This document shows, piece by piece, positions 54,612 through 64,000 of a stretch of 64,000 nucleotides of DNA (position 1 is the stretch's first letter; every line of letters begins with the position of its first letter). The translations under genes and the position numbers were made by a program. Where the stretch lies: positions 64,001 through 128,000 of the IMG/VR virus record IMGVR_UViG_3300042549_009011, one strand, 5' to 3'. The DNA comes from a virus. The notes beneath the pieces are model-generated. The model searched no databases, was not told the DNA's origin, and worked only from the letters and a program-made list of their open reading frames with translations.

Positions 54612-56501
54612 TTACCAAACTTCTTTACCCATAGGACGGCAACTGTCTTTACCAATAATTTGGTCTTTCCACCATTGTGGTGGTGTATTAAACGCCGATG
54701 ATGTCGATTGACGGTCAATTTCCATCTCATTCAAATCCTCTTTACATTCATCATAAAACAATTCATCAATTGTATTTCTATGAAATCCTTTATGCGTTAA
54801 GACTGTCACGAAAACATTTTTCCATTCTTCAATATTCGCGTCCCAAGGAATTTCGATTTCGATACTGAAATGTTCGTCAGTTACTTTTAGTTTTGTGTTT
54901 TGTGTTTTCATCATAGTCTCCAAGTTGTTGTGCTTACACTGTCGCCGCAAGTGTCACATGATCCATCTTCGATTTCATAATTATCATACTGAAAACATTG
55001 AATCAAATCGTCAATACTAACGGTATTATTCTTTAGCTGTTCCTTGAACTTTTCGCACAGATAATCCACAAGCTCCATAATTTCAGCAGGAGTCATAGGA
55101 TTGTATTCTCCATACATATCTTTACCGTTGACGGTTGTGCCAAAGGAGAGGCATCCTTCACTTTTAACTATTTCGTATTTTGTTTTCATGTTTTTATTAT
55201 AATGTCTTATAAATCAGTCTTTAAAGCGACTTTATGTATTATTTATACTACATCATTTAGATCTTGTATTGTTAAAAAACAAGGAGTGCCATCTCCAACC
55301 CAAGCTCCGACTTGATTGAATGACCAGAACTCAAGAGCTTCTTCATATGACATACCTTCTTGCTGTAATTTTGTCAAGACTTTATCTTTATCATAGCAAG
55401 CAATTGATGGGCGACCAAACTGTTCTACTATTCCAACAAAACAATCGTCATAACCACACATTGTAGTCAATCCTTCTTCTTCTTCTTCTTCTTCAAGAAT
55501 TTTATATTTTATTTCATTATTCATTATTTTCGTATCCGTAAATTTTATTTATTACATACTCTTTATATTCCGAATCTTCACTACAGTTGTAGCAGTAATC
55601 CCAAAGCCAACCTTCTTGTTCTTCGCTGATTTCGCCAATAGCTTCTAACAAACCAGCATAAAGTTCATCTTGTTTTTTAGACAAACTTGTTATAGTATTT
55701 TTAACTCCTTCGATTAGATGTTCTTTGTCTTTCATATTTTTATCCTATAAAAATTGCTTCACAGTCAAAAGGATCGACACCTTGTGCAATATCATGTTTT
55801 CCATAATACCATTCGTTAAATGCATTGAGTTTTATATTTACTTTGCTGGCGAAGGAAACTTCGTCTACGCCGTCTTCATAACCACTGATTACCACCATAG
55901 TTTCATGGTCGTGTTTTTGAAGTTCCTCGATTAGTTGTTTTACTTTCATAATTTATTTAAATTTTTATCTAACAGTCCAAGCACCCAATCCAATCTGAAC
56001 TGACAGTTAAAGCGATCACTGATATAGAATAAATTACCGCTAATTTCTTCTTCACTCTTATAGCCATAGGTATCCAATGGGCTTCTGTCGTCACCACCAA
56101 AATAATCAGTAGTGGCAAGCCATTTAGATTGTGCAGCAATCACTCCAACATAAGGACTAATAATCTCCTTTGCAGCTTCCAAAGATACACCTTGACTATA
56201 GAACTTACTAAATACATGCTTGGTCAAAAGCTTGTAACGCGCCGTTGCTTTGTTTTCAAGTCGATTTTCAGTGCTTCTTTTCATTTTTCCATTTTTTCTT
56301 GGCAGCTTTAAGACACTTTATGATATTTTTTAAAGTTTCCAAGCTTTTAATTTCGCCGTGTTCTGGCAAACCATTTATCAGCACGAAAACTCTGCCATCT
56401 TCTTTTGCTAGGGTTGTCTCAAAGTGAATGAGATTATTGTCGTGGTAGTTTTTAAATACCACTTCTTCACTTACTTGTGAATTTTTTCTATTGTTTTTCA
56501 T
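54612..56501 (-). other. Run of seven small hypothetical CDS (54612-54914, 54911-55189, 55243-55524, 55517-55735, 55740-55949, 55946-56284, 56268-56501)
   Basis: Co-oriented, overlapping stop/start junctions, no confident function. Confidence 0.55.
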
Positions 56502-56504
56502 ATT

Positions 56505-57116
56505 TTATTTTTCCCAAAGATTGACTTCCATTCCTTTTCCTCTTGTGGAATATTCTGTATTATCGAGTTCTTCGCCATTGTAATATGCGCTATCAAAATA
56601 TTCAACACCGTTTGGAGCTTCTTTAACAAGAATTTTTAATAATTTAAAATCAAAATCTTCAGCTTCAAAAGTCTCTCCAAAAAGAACTCCTTTTTCGTAT
56701 GAATTGCACTCCATAACATGATCTGGAATATCTTCATATTCAACTTCTGGATCTAAATACTCAATTGCATCTTCATTATCTTCTCTAAATTTAGAAAACT
56801 GCTCAAGAAAAATTTGTTTAGAAGAACCATCTTCTTGGATCTCCTCAACTTGAATATAACAAGAATCCAAATCTGGTGAAGAAAAGTGACAAAAGATATC
56901 ATCATTTTCATACCATTCGAAAGACTCTCCATTCTTAATCAAAAAATTAAATTCTTCGGGGATGTTTTCAAAATCCTCTGGAGTGCATAGATAATCAGCA
57001 ACAAACGATTCTTCTTCTTTTTGTTTTTCACTCCAAAATGCAAAACTGTCTTCGTTCAAACGAATAAAAACACTTTCTGCTCCATGACCGTTTAAACTCA
57101 ATAGGTATTTCTTCAT
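56505..57116 (-). CDS. Highly acidic hypothetical protein
   Basis: ATG 57116 lies 8 nt after TTGACA-17-TATATT; strongly D/E-rich. Confidence 0.65.
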   Translation of the reverse strand: MKKYLLSLNGHGAESVFIRLNEDSFAFWSEKQKEEESFVADYLCTPEDFENIPEEFNFLIKNGESFEWYENDDIFCHFSSPDLDSCYIQVEEIQEDGSSKQIFLEQFSKFREDNEDAIEYLDPEVEYEDIPDHVMECNSYEKGVLFGETFEAEDFDFKLLKILVKEAPNGVEYFDSAYYNGEELDNTEYSTRGKGMEVNLWEK

Positions 57117-57251
57117 AGGCGGGAAATATATAATCAATAATACGATTTGTCAATAAAAATCTAAAAAATTATAAACAAGATTTTATAAAGATATTACCGC
57201 CAATAAAAATTTAATTGTAATAGTTTTAAAAAAGTGTAATATATAGAATAT

Positions 57252-58577
57252 ATGGCAGATAGATATACATTTCAAAGCTTGCGTGATTTATCGCATACTG
57301 CTGGTCAAATGCCATTCATTTATGATAAAATAAATGATTATTATCGACCTTTAGAACAAGCAGATTTAAGCTTTTCGAATCCAGAAGGTTCAACATCTTT
57401 TGACGCATTTGGGCGCATGAGAGTGTCTGAACCGCTCACTTTGTTTGATTCTTCACACAGATACTCAGACAATAATCTTTGGAATATTTCTAGTGGAGTA
57501 AGCGGCTATTCTTCTTTTAATGCAGATCAAGGATTGATCGAAATGAATGTAAATAATATTTCTGGCTCTTATGTAGCTAGAGAAACAAAAAAAGTTTTTG
57601 CTTATCAGGCTGGAAAGTCATTGCTTAATTTAAATACATTTGTAATGTCTCCAGCCAAAACTGGTCTTACCCAAAAAGTAGGTTATTTTGGCTCTGACAA
57701 TGGATTGTATTTAGAGCTTGAAGATTCTACATTAAGCTTTGTCGAACGCTCATTGGTTGATGGTTCTCCACCGACAGAAACAAAAGTTTCTCAAGCTAAT
57801 TGGAATGTAGACAAACTAGATGGAACTGGAGCTTCTGGAATTACTTTAGATATTACCAAGGCTCAGATTTTGTGGATGGATATAGAATGGCTAGGATTAG
57901 GTTCTGTAAGAATGGGTTTTGTTATTAACGGCAAATTTATTTTATGCCATACTTTCCATCATGCTAATGTTATTGATTCGACTTATATTACTACAGCGTG
58001 TTTGCCATTAACATATGAAATAAGAAATACCGCCAACACTTCTGGCGCGAGCAAATTAAAACAAATATGCTCTTCTGTAATGTCTGAAGGTGGTTATGAG
58101 CTAAGAGGTTCTCAGCAATCAATTGGAACTTCTATTACTGGGGCGAAAACTTTGACTACCGCTGGCACTCTTTATCCTTTGGCTTCATTAAGATTAAAAT
58201 CAGATAAATTAGATGCAATCGTAATTCCATCCGCAGCTTCAGCAATTACTATAGACACATCAATATGCGAATGGAGACTAATTGAAGGCGGTACGACGAT
58301 AGGCGGAAGTTGGGGAAGCATCAATGATGATTCCTCTGTACAATATAATATTGCTGGCACGGGAATTTCTGGTGGCGTAACTGTAGCAAAAGGATTTATA
58401 AGTTCAAGCAATCAATCTTCATCGCAAATACACCTACCCAAAGGAGAAATGTTTAAATTCCAATTGGAAAGAAATTCTTTCACAAATACTCCAAGTGAAT
58501 TTATTCTTGCAATTTCCGCTAGTACAGATAACGAAACTGCTTATGGTTCTTTGGACTGGGAAGAGATCAGCAGATAA
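57252..58577 (+). CDS. Putative virion structural protein
   Basis: DAFGRMRVSEP motif, beta-rich S/T/G composition, GTGTAA 12 nt upstream, lone plus-strand gene. Confidence 0.55.
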   Translation: MADRYTFQSLRDLSHTAGQMPFIYDKINDYYRPLEQADLSFSNPEGSTSFDAFGRMRVSEPLTLFDSSHRYSDNNLWNISSGVSGYSSFNADQGLIEMNVNNISGSYVARETKKVFAYQAGKSLLNLNTFVMSPAKTGLTQKVGYFGSDNGLYLELEDSTLSFVERSLVDGSPPTETKVSQANWNVDKLDGTGASGITLDITKAQILWMDIEWLGLGSVRMGFVINGKFILCHTFHHANVIDSTYITTACLPLTYEIRNTANTSGASKLKQICSSVMSEGGYELRGSQQSIGTSITGAKTLTTAGTLYPLASLRLKSDKLDAIVIPSAASAITIDTSICEWRLIEGGTTIGGSWGSINDDSSVQYNIAGTGISGGVTVAKGFISSSNQSSSQIHLPKGEMFKFQLERNSFTNTPSEFILAISASTDNETAYGSLDWEEISR

Positions 58578-58583
58578 TTTCTA

Positions 58584-59069
58584 TTATTCTTTTTTAGAAT
58601 GTTCTTTGCACAATGTTTTGTACCATCCGCCTCCTCTGCAAGTTCCATCTTTACCGCAAACCTCACAGACTTTTAATGATTTTTCTTCCCATTTGTGGCA
58701 GATGTCGTAATATTCTCTCGCATAAATATCCCAAGCACCATCGCTCTGTTCAATGTCTCCTTGTGGGCGAAATTGACCAAATTTTTCTTTCATGATGCAA
58801 CCTTTGTATTGGAAGGTGTGACCCTCTGCGGCAGCTTTATCAGAGAGAGCTTGCACTTCTTCGCAGAATCCGATAACAATATCTTTCCAGCCGATACCAT
58901 GCTCAAAACCGTAGCGTAAATTCACAAGGTCTTCTTTTGGTATTCCTTCTTTTTTGTAGAATTTTTCGTAGCAGTCTGAAACATATTCAGAAGGCTCAAG
59001 GAAAATCTTCGGAAATTGCTCTACAACTGGCAACCATTCTTTTTCAAGGCTTTGTTTAATGAATTCCAT
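58584..59069 (-). CDS. Conserved phage protein with C-terminal zinc finger
   Basis: G.GW...KEKFG..R...CEVCG...W.KTLC..H. Confidence 0.65.
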   Translation of the reverse strand: MEFIKQSLEKEWLPVVEQFPKIFLEPSEYVSDCYEKFYKKEGIPKEDLVNLRYGFEHGIGWKDIVIGFCEEVQALSDKAAAEGHTFQYKGCIMKEKFGQFRPQGDIEQSDGAWDIYAREYYDICHKWEEKSLKVCEVCGKDGTCRGGGWYKTLCKEHSKKE

Positions 59070-59090
59070 ATTTTTTTTATTTTTATTATT

Positions 59091-59480
59091 TTATTTTAAA
59101 AGTTCGTTGTTTTCAAAAATATTTCCAATTACTTCATAACTATGATCTTTGTGAAGTTCATAATAATCACCATACTTATCATCTAATAGATGTCTACGAC
59201 TTGTGTCAAGGATAAATGCTGCTAATGTTGGTGAAAATACAATCTCTGCTTTATAGTCTTTGCCGTTGATGCTTGTGTAAGTTACTATGTCTCCTTCGTA
59301 AATGTCTGTTCCATTTTTGTCAAGAAGACCTGTGAATTGTTGAATTTTTGCGGTTGCAGACCATAAACTTCCATCGTCGTGATCCCACACCCACAAGCTA
59401 CCATTACAAGATTTGATGTATACTTCGGATTTTGTTACGAATTGGAATCCATTCCATATTCTGAATTTTAGTTGTCTCAT
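59091..59480 (-). CDS. YopX family protein
   Basis: KFRIW...QFTGLLDKNG.DIYEGDIV...EVIGNIFEN. Confidence 0.9.
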   Translation of the reverse strand: MRQLKFRIWNGFQFVTKSEVYIKSCNGSLWVWDHDDGSLWSATAKIQQFTGLLDKNGTDIYEGDIVTYTSINGKDYKAEIVFSPTLAAFILDTSRRHLLDDKYGDYYELHKDHSYEVIGNIFENNELLK

Positions 59481-59869
59481 GCTTTTAATAGTTCACTGTT
59501 TTCAAAAATGTTGCCAATGACTTCAATGTCACTGTCATCCCCTAAATACATAAACATATCATTAAATCCTTTCATGTCAAATCCAAATGCACCATTTTGA
59601 AATTTAATATAAGAGATTATTTCTCTACTTTCTCTCTCTACATCAAATCCTCTACGATATTTTACAATATCTCCTTCGTAAATATCAACTCCATTCTTAT
59701 CTTTTAAGCCAGTGTATTGTTGGACAACATATTCCTTGCCACCAGATCCATTTTGAAGATTGTGAAATTCACCTTTCAATGAAAGAACATAATGCCCTTG
59801 GTATCCTTTGTCTGGATAGGTGAATTGTTTTGCTAGTTTATCCCAAGCTCTAAATTTTAGTTCTCTCAT
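59477..59869 (-). CDS. YopX family protein
   Basis: KFRAW...QYTGLKDKNG.DIYEGDIV...EVIGNIFEN. Confidence 0.9.
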   Translation of the reverse strand: MRELKFRAWDKLAKQFTYPDKGYQGHYVLSLKGEFHNLQNGSGGKEYVVQQYTGLKDKNGVDIYEGDIVKYRRGFDVERESREIISYIKFQNGAFGFDMKGFNDMFMYLGDDSDIEVIGNIFENSELLKA

Positions 59870-59882
59870 GCTTTTAATTTTT

Positions 59883-60107
59883 TTAAGGTTTTTTATTCAT
59901 CGACTTCGAACCTTCGCTAAAGCCATTTCTATATGCTACGTTTAATGCTTTTGCGATTTCGCAGCAAGATTTTCGACTCAAATCATCTCCAAGAGTCATA
60001 GCAAGTATATCTCTAAATCTAATTCCTTCTGAACAGACTTTAAAAGGTTCTTCGAATGTAATTGCTCCTACGATAATATCTTTACTTTTTTGCATATTAT
60101 TGTTCAA
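59883..60107 (-). CDS. Hypothetical protein
   Basis: Co-oriented ORF. Confidence 0.45.
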   Translation of the reverse strand: MNNNMQKSKDIIVGAITFEEPFKVCSEGIRFRDILAMTLGDDLSRKSCCEIAKALNVAYRNGFSEGSKSMNKKP

Positions 60108-60260
60108 TGTATTTTCCTTTCAACTCATTCTCAGCTTTCAGCAAAGAGTGGATGTGTTCTGCAATGTCGCGAATTGCAAAAGAGCCATCACAAACATACT
60201 CATACTCATAAGCGCATTGGCTATCGTCAATAGTAATTTTGTAGGTGTATTGTTCTTTAG

Positions 60261-60653
60261 TCATTTCAATAGTGCCTCTATAATTTTTTCTGCATTCTCT
60301 TGCATTGATGGAAATTGAAGAGATGTAAATTCATCACCATGTTTGGCAATAAACGCTTGCCAATCAGCGAGTGCCTCTGGACTAATAGGAATTTTGGCTG
60401 GCTTTGCCTCGCTCGCTTCACGAATGATTTGCAACAGCTCATCCTCCTTGTCTTTAGCAGCAGCAGAGATTTCAGCTTTTGATGGATACACTTGCTGACG
60501 AATCGAAGTGCATCCCGAAGATACCTTTACTAGCCACCAACCTTCACGTAAACCATCGAGTGCATAAGGATCAGTCTCTGGAACGTATTTACGTCCTACT
60601 TTTCTATAGAGTTGTTTGTTCATCTTATCGTAGATTCTCATTGCTGCGTTCAT
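60261..60653 (-). CDS. Hypothetical protein
   Basis: LYRKVGRKYVP N-terminal motif. Confidence 0.6.
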   Translation of the reverse strand: MNAAMRIYDKMNKQLYRKVGRKYVPETDPYALDGLREGWWLVKVSSGCTSIRQQVYPSKAEISAAAKDKEDELLQIIREASEAKPAKIPISPEALADWQAFIAKHGDEFTSLQFPSMQENAEKIIEALLK

Positions 60654-60658
60654 ATTTT

Positions 60659-61039
60659 TTAATCTTTAATTCTGAGTTGGGTTACGTTGATACCAAGCTT
60701 ATCAGCAATTTGTTGAAGTGTCATTTCAACAATCTTTGGTCGATTATCTTTGATATCACCTCTGGAATTTTCATAATAGATTACTTTACCATTAACGTCA
60801 TATTCATGTTTGCTCCAATAACCATAGGAATCTTCCCAATAGATTTCTTTGCCATTGGCATCATATTCTTTTTTGCTCCAATAACCAGTTGAGTCTTCAA
60901 AATAGATTTCTTTGCCATTGGAGTCACGTTCATTTTTGCTCCAATAGCCAATGGAATTTTCGCAATAGATCAGATTACCATTTTTATCTTTGATGATAAA
61001 CGGAAAGTCTTTTACTTTAAGTTGTTGTGCGATAGTCAT
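60659..61039 (-). CDS. Protein with four 21-aa repeats
   Basis: D.NGKEIY.EDS.GYWSK.EY repeats (63-nt unit). Confidence 0.8.
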   Translation of the reverse strand: MTIAQQLKVKDFPFIIKDKNGNLIYCENSIGYWSKNERDSNGKEIYFEDSTGYWSKKEYDANGKEIYWEDSYGYWSKHEYDVNGKVIYYENSRGDIKDNRPKIVEMTLQQIADKLGINVTQLRIKD

Positions 61040-61142
61040 AATTTTAGTCTTTGATATGTTTATGTATTTAAATTTGGACGGTTTGTGGGTGTTTTTGAAT
61101 TCGCCAGCACCTTAGCATTAAATTAGTGCTTGTCAAGATGAA

Positions 61143-61595
61143 TTATTTTTTTCTGATTAAATATTTGATAATCTTGACAGTATCTGGTGAAATATCAGAA
61201 ACATTTTTTATAATATTTTCCAGATGATCTTTATCGCAATCTTTCAGTAATACCCATTTTAGTGGCTGATCGCCATTAACTCCTCTCGTTCCCCAAATAT
61301 AATTTTCGGCACAAAGAGCAGTGGTAATTTTAGGAGCTTTTTTCAAAAGCCTTACTTCAGAAGCTTCCCAAACACCAACTTTTTCACCAATATTGTATTT
61401 ATTCCAAAGAACATCAAAACTTTCGGGAACTTCAAACCAATTTAATCTACCATTTGTTGAGAATCGGTTATAGCCAGAATATCTATTAGTGTGAGGTTGT
61501 CCACCATCCATCATCATATCGTTGAAAGTAACGCAATGATAATGGGAGAGAGATGCGATTATTTTTTTGCCGTCTGTAACTCCAAGTAATTTCAT
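61143..61595 (-). CDS. Hypothetical phage protein
   Basis: MDGG...WGTRG.NGDQPL...DHLENI. Confidence 0.6.
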   Translation of the reverse strand: MKLLGVTDGKKIIASLSHYHCVTFNDMMMDGGQPHTNRYSGYNRFSTNGRLNWFEVPESFDVLWNKYNIGEKVGVWEASEVRLLKKAPKITTALCAENYIWGTRGVNGDQPLKWVLLKDCDKDHLENIIKNVSDISPDTVKIIKYLIRKK

Positions 61596-61644
61596 GATTG
61601 ATGGTTTTTATTCTTAATAAGCCAATCTTATCACGATTAAACTC

Positions 61645-62334
61645 TTAGTCAAGAAAATAATCTAAACTTATAGGATAATCTACGCTATGGTAAATGCCTT
61701 TTTGTTTTCCGACAGTTACATCAGTCCAAGAAACAAACGGAAGATTTATTTCTCCAATTTTAAATCCACATATCGAAGCCAAAGTTGGAAATCTTAGTTC
61801 ACTCAATATATTTTCAGAACAAACATCGTTCCAACATGGCAAACAAAAATTATTTAAAACTTGTTTTTTCATAAACATTGCACCAAAAGATATTAAACCA
61901 ACAGCTTTTTTTTCTTGTTTTAAATTTAATTTAGGAACTTCTGTCCACCACATCCAATTATCTTGAGTCCATCTTGGATCTTTCATTCTCATTGGCTTCC
62001 ATTTGCCACGAATTTTTATATTTTCTTCAAATTTCATAGCACCAACCAAATCGTAATCTTCTGAAATTTGGGGCAGTTCACAACAAATAAGCGTATCCCA
62101 CTCAATAACAGCAATATTATCGTTTTTTACAGATGATGCATTTTCCTTCCACCATCTCCTTAAAACTTGATCGCTGTTTCTCCAATTATAATTTTTGCCA
62201 TAGATAGAATCTTCGCCAACAATAATTCTATAATCAATTTCTGGATTGCTTTTAAGAAGCCAATCTAAATGCGGCAATAAAACTTTATTTGTTTTTTTAT
62301 CAATATGGGTTAAAATCAATACTGTATAATCCAT
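61645..62334 (-). CDS. GT-A fold-like protein
   Basis: IEWD degenerate DxD, SELRFPT, IYHSV. Confidence 0.45.
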   Translation of the reverse strand: MDYTVLILTHIDKKTNKVLLPHLDWLLKSNPEIDYRIIVGEDSIYGKNYNWRNSDQVLRRWWKENASSVKNDNIAVIEWDTLICCELPQISEDYDLVGAMKFEENIKIRGKWKPMRMKDPRWTQDNWMWWTEVPKLNLKQEKKAVGLISFGAMFMKKQVLNNFCLPCWNDVCSENILSELRFPTLASICGFKIGEINLPFVSWTDVTVGKQKGIYHSVDYPISLDYFLD

Positions 62335-62368
62335 ATTGCTTTCAGAGATTTTTATTTATTTTTAATTG

Positions 62369-62782
62369 CTAAGAAGAGCCAAGTTCTAACGTGACTTTTC
62401 TAAATAAGTGAACTGCATTAGAATATATCCAAGTGAATTGGAAAGAATCATCTTTCAGAACATATTCAAAAATAAAATCAATTTCTTTTCTTTTTAAAGA
62501 ATGTTGATTGAAAAATTCTATTAAAAAATCGTGAACTAAAGAAGCGTTGTAAGTCCCACCAAAGTCAGGAATGCCAACAATTTTACCAAATAACTTAAAT
62601 TTTGGTGTGCATCCATCCCATTCGTAATCTTTATAAATGCACAAGACTCCCTTTTTAAAATAACCAACTTTTATTTTTTTGTCTTCTATCGTATCATAAA
62701 AAACACAGTCTTTTGCTAAAATAGAGTATTTTTTTAAATCTATTTTAAAATCTTTTTCCAATTTAAATTTCCAAATTTTCAC
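62369..62782 (-). CDS. DUF1353-like phage protein
   Basis: YEWDGCTP...ASLVHDFL...RKEID.IF; GTG start 8 nt after GTGTAA. Confidence 0.65.
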   Translation of the reverse strand: MKIWKFKLEKDFKIDLKKYSILAKDCVFYDTIEDKKIKVGYFKKGVLCIYKDYEWDGCTPKFKLFGKIVGIPDFGGTYNASLVHDFLIEFFNQHSLKRKEIDFIFEYVLKDDSFQFTWIYSNAVHLFRKVTLELGSS

Positions 62783-62816
62783 TAGGTTATTTACACAAAC
62801 CTAGCAATTTGTTTAT

Positions 62817-63008
62817 CTATTTAACTTTGGGGAAAGAAATAATATTTGTTGGCTCAATTTTAATTGAGATTGATAGCTTTTCAATATCAGATGTTAAAAA
62901 AGCATTAAAGCATCCTTCTTGATCTAAGAAATTTTTTAATTGACCAATTTTGATCAAATTAATAAGACTATTTACCCATTCTGCTTGTCCTTCTTTTTCA
63001 TCTGACAT
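62817..63008 (-). CDS. Hypothetical protein
   Basis: Co-oriented ORF. Confidence 0.5.
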   Translation of the reverse strand: MSDEKEGQAEWVNSLINLIKIGQLKNFLDQEGCFNAFLTSDIEKLSISIKIEPTNIISFPKVK

Positions 63009-63017
63009 AATAAATAA

Positions 63018-63185
63018 TTATCCTTCTTGCTTTTTATAAATTTTGCGGCTTTTTCTTTTGCTGTTTTTATTATCCCATGCTGTATCGCAGGAAGTTCCAG
63101 CAAAGATTTTATTGCCACCTCTGTTCATGTCGTCCATCGAACAGAAACCATTTGCTCTTGCGTATTTTGTATTTTTGTTTGCCAT
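63018..63185 (-). CDS. 55-aa basic protein (not in ORF track)
   Basis: MANKNTKYARANGFCSMDDMNRGGNKIFAGTSCDTAWDNKNSKRKSRKIYKKQEG. Confidence 0.55.
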   Translation of the reverse strand: MANKNTKYARANGFCSMDDMNRGGNKIFAGTSCDTAWDNKNSKRKSRKIYKKQEG

Positions 63186-63299
63186 ATTATTTGTTTTTAA
63201 ATTTATCGTAAGTTGCGTATATTATGATAGCAGTAATTAGTGAAAGTATGAATATGATTATATCAATCATTTGTCAATTTTTTTTGATATGTTAATAAA

Positions 63300-63779
63300 T
63301 TAAATAGCGTATCTTTGAAATTCAATGTGATCAGAAAAATATCTTTCTACTTCTTGTATAATAGCTTCAACAATAGCTGGCTTTCCTCCAGCAAGACCAC
63401 AACCAATCATTGGAACTGCAAATATAGTCTTTCTATCTATAACAGAAGCAAGTGGATTGTCAACAATATCTTCGCAAGCACAATAAAGAGAATCAAAAAG
63501 AAAATCGTATTGGCAATTTCTATTTAGTGGTTTACCATCATTGCCGATACCAACTTGTGCATACAAATTGTAAATTCTTTTATCGCCGCAATCAGCAAAA
63601 CTGAAATTACCTAATTTCGCATTGTCGCTTTTCTTAGTGTTAAGATCAGCAGCAAAAGCTTCTGGATACAATTTCTTAATAGGAACTACAATGCCAGCAC
63701 CCCAAACGTGATGCAAGTTTACACAATGACCAAGAACGTCCCACTTTCCTTCAAATATGTCTCCGTAAATTTTCTGCAT
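63300..63779 (-). CDS. Macrodomain (ADP-ribose processing) protein
   Basis: GDIF, HCVN...WGAGI...YPE, IYNLYAQ, PMIGCGLAGG. Confidence 0.88.
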   Translation of the reverse strand: MQKIYGDIFEGKWDVLGHCVNLHHVWGAGIVVPIKKLYPEAFAADLNTKKSDNAKLGNFSFADCGDKRIYNLYAQVGIGNDGKPLNRNCQYDFLFDSLYCACEDIVDNPLASVIDRKTIFAVPMIGCGLAGGKPAIVEAIIQEVERYFSDHIEFQRYAI

Positions 63780-64000
63780 GGCTTATTTATAATTTAAATT
63801 ATCGAGCAAGTCAAGGTTTATTTTAAATAAAAATGAATCAATAAAAAAATCAATGGAATAATCGACAAAATAGAAAACGCTTTTACTGGCTCTTTCTTAA
63901 CGTCTGTGAAATAAATACATAAAAAACCATTAATAATTGCTCCGATTAAATAAATTAATAATGACATATTAAACTTCCTTATCTTGTTTGAAATAACTTT

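Noticed and set aside
1152-63527. Numerous short antisense or alternate-frame ORFs in the track (e.g. 1152-1499, 20434-20787, 37910-38233, 52913-53404, 63043-63240)
   Set aside because: Shadows of well-supported genes on the opposite strand or frame
1-64000. Stop-codon reassignment
   Set aside because: Genes are full-length under code 11, TAG and TGA terminate genes at sensible junctions, and no CTA/TCA/TTA suppressor anticodon was found

Overview
AT-rich, gene-dense segment of a large lytic tailed phage genome (no rRNA, integrase or CRISPR seen; standard code 11). The host cannot be determined from the sequence; the lack of Shine-Dalgarno sites and a prepilin-type protein weakly suggest a PVC or Bacteroidota-like host. 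Layout: (1-5.9 kb, mostly minus) glycosyltransferases, a Whirly-like SSB, sigma factor, dNMP kinase, dUTPase; (6.2-17.3 kb) class Id-like ribonucleotide reductase and an 11-gene glycan synthesis/modification cluster; (17.3-29.3 kb) replication module with RecA, DnaB, DnaG, a RecB/Cas4-like nuclease, a DNA Pol III alpha split into PHP / epsilon / core genes, and a Clp ATPase; (31-43.9 kb) probable late genes including holin-like protein, endolysin, three BspA-type LRR proteins and a sulfotransferase; (43.9-46 kb, minus) an array of 19 tRNAs plus several unassigned structured RNAs; (46.3-64 kb) mostly small minus-strand accessory genes, including a GC-richer island of paralogues. Top finding: directly upstream of the tRNA array is an unannotated 21-codon leader ORF (MHYSFTYLKSQPVINRCGWVV, 17 different amino acids, codon boxes mirroring the array's tRNAs) followed by mutually exclusive antiterminator/terminator hairpins, i.e. 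a candidate pan-tRNA-sensing attenuator. Also notable: a recurrent GTGTAA promoter-like motif before late genes, apparently pervasive leaderless mRNAs, a stand-alone GGQ release-factor domain and a pilin mimic. All protein calls come from motif recognition by eye, not database searches.
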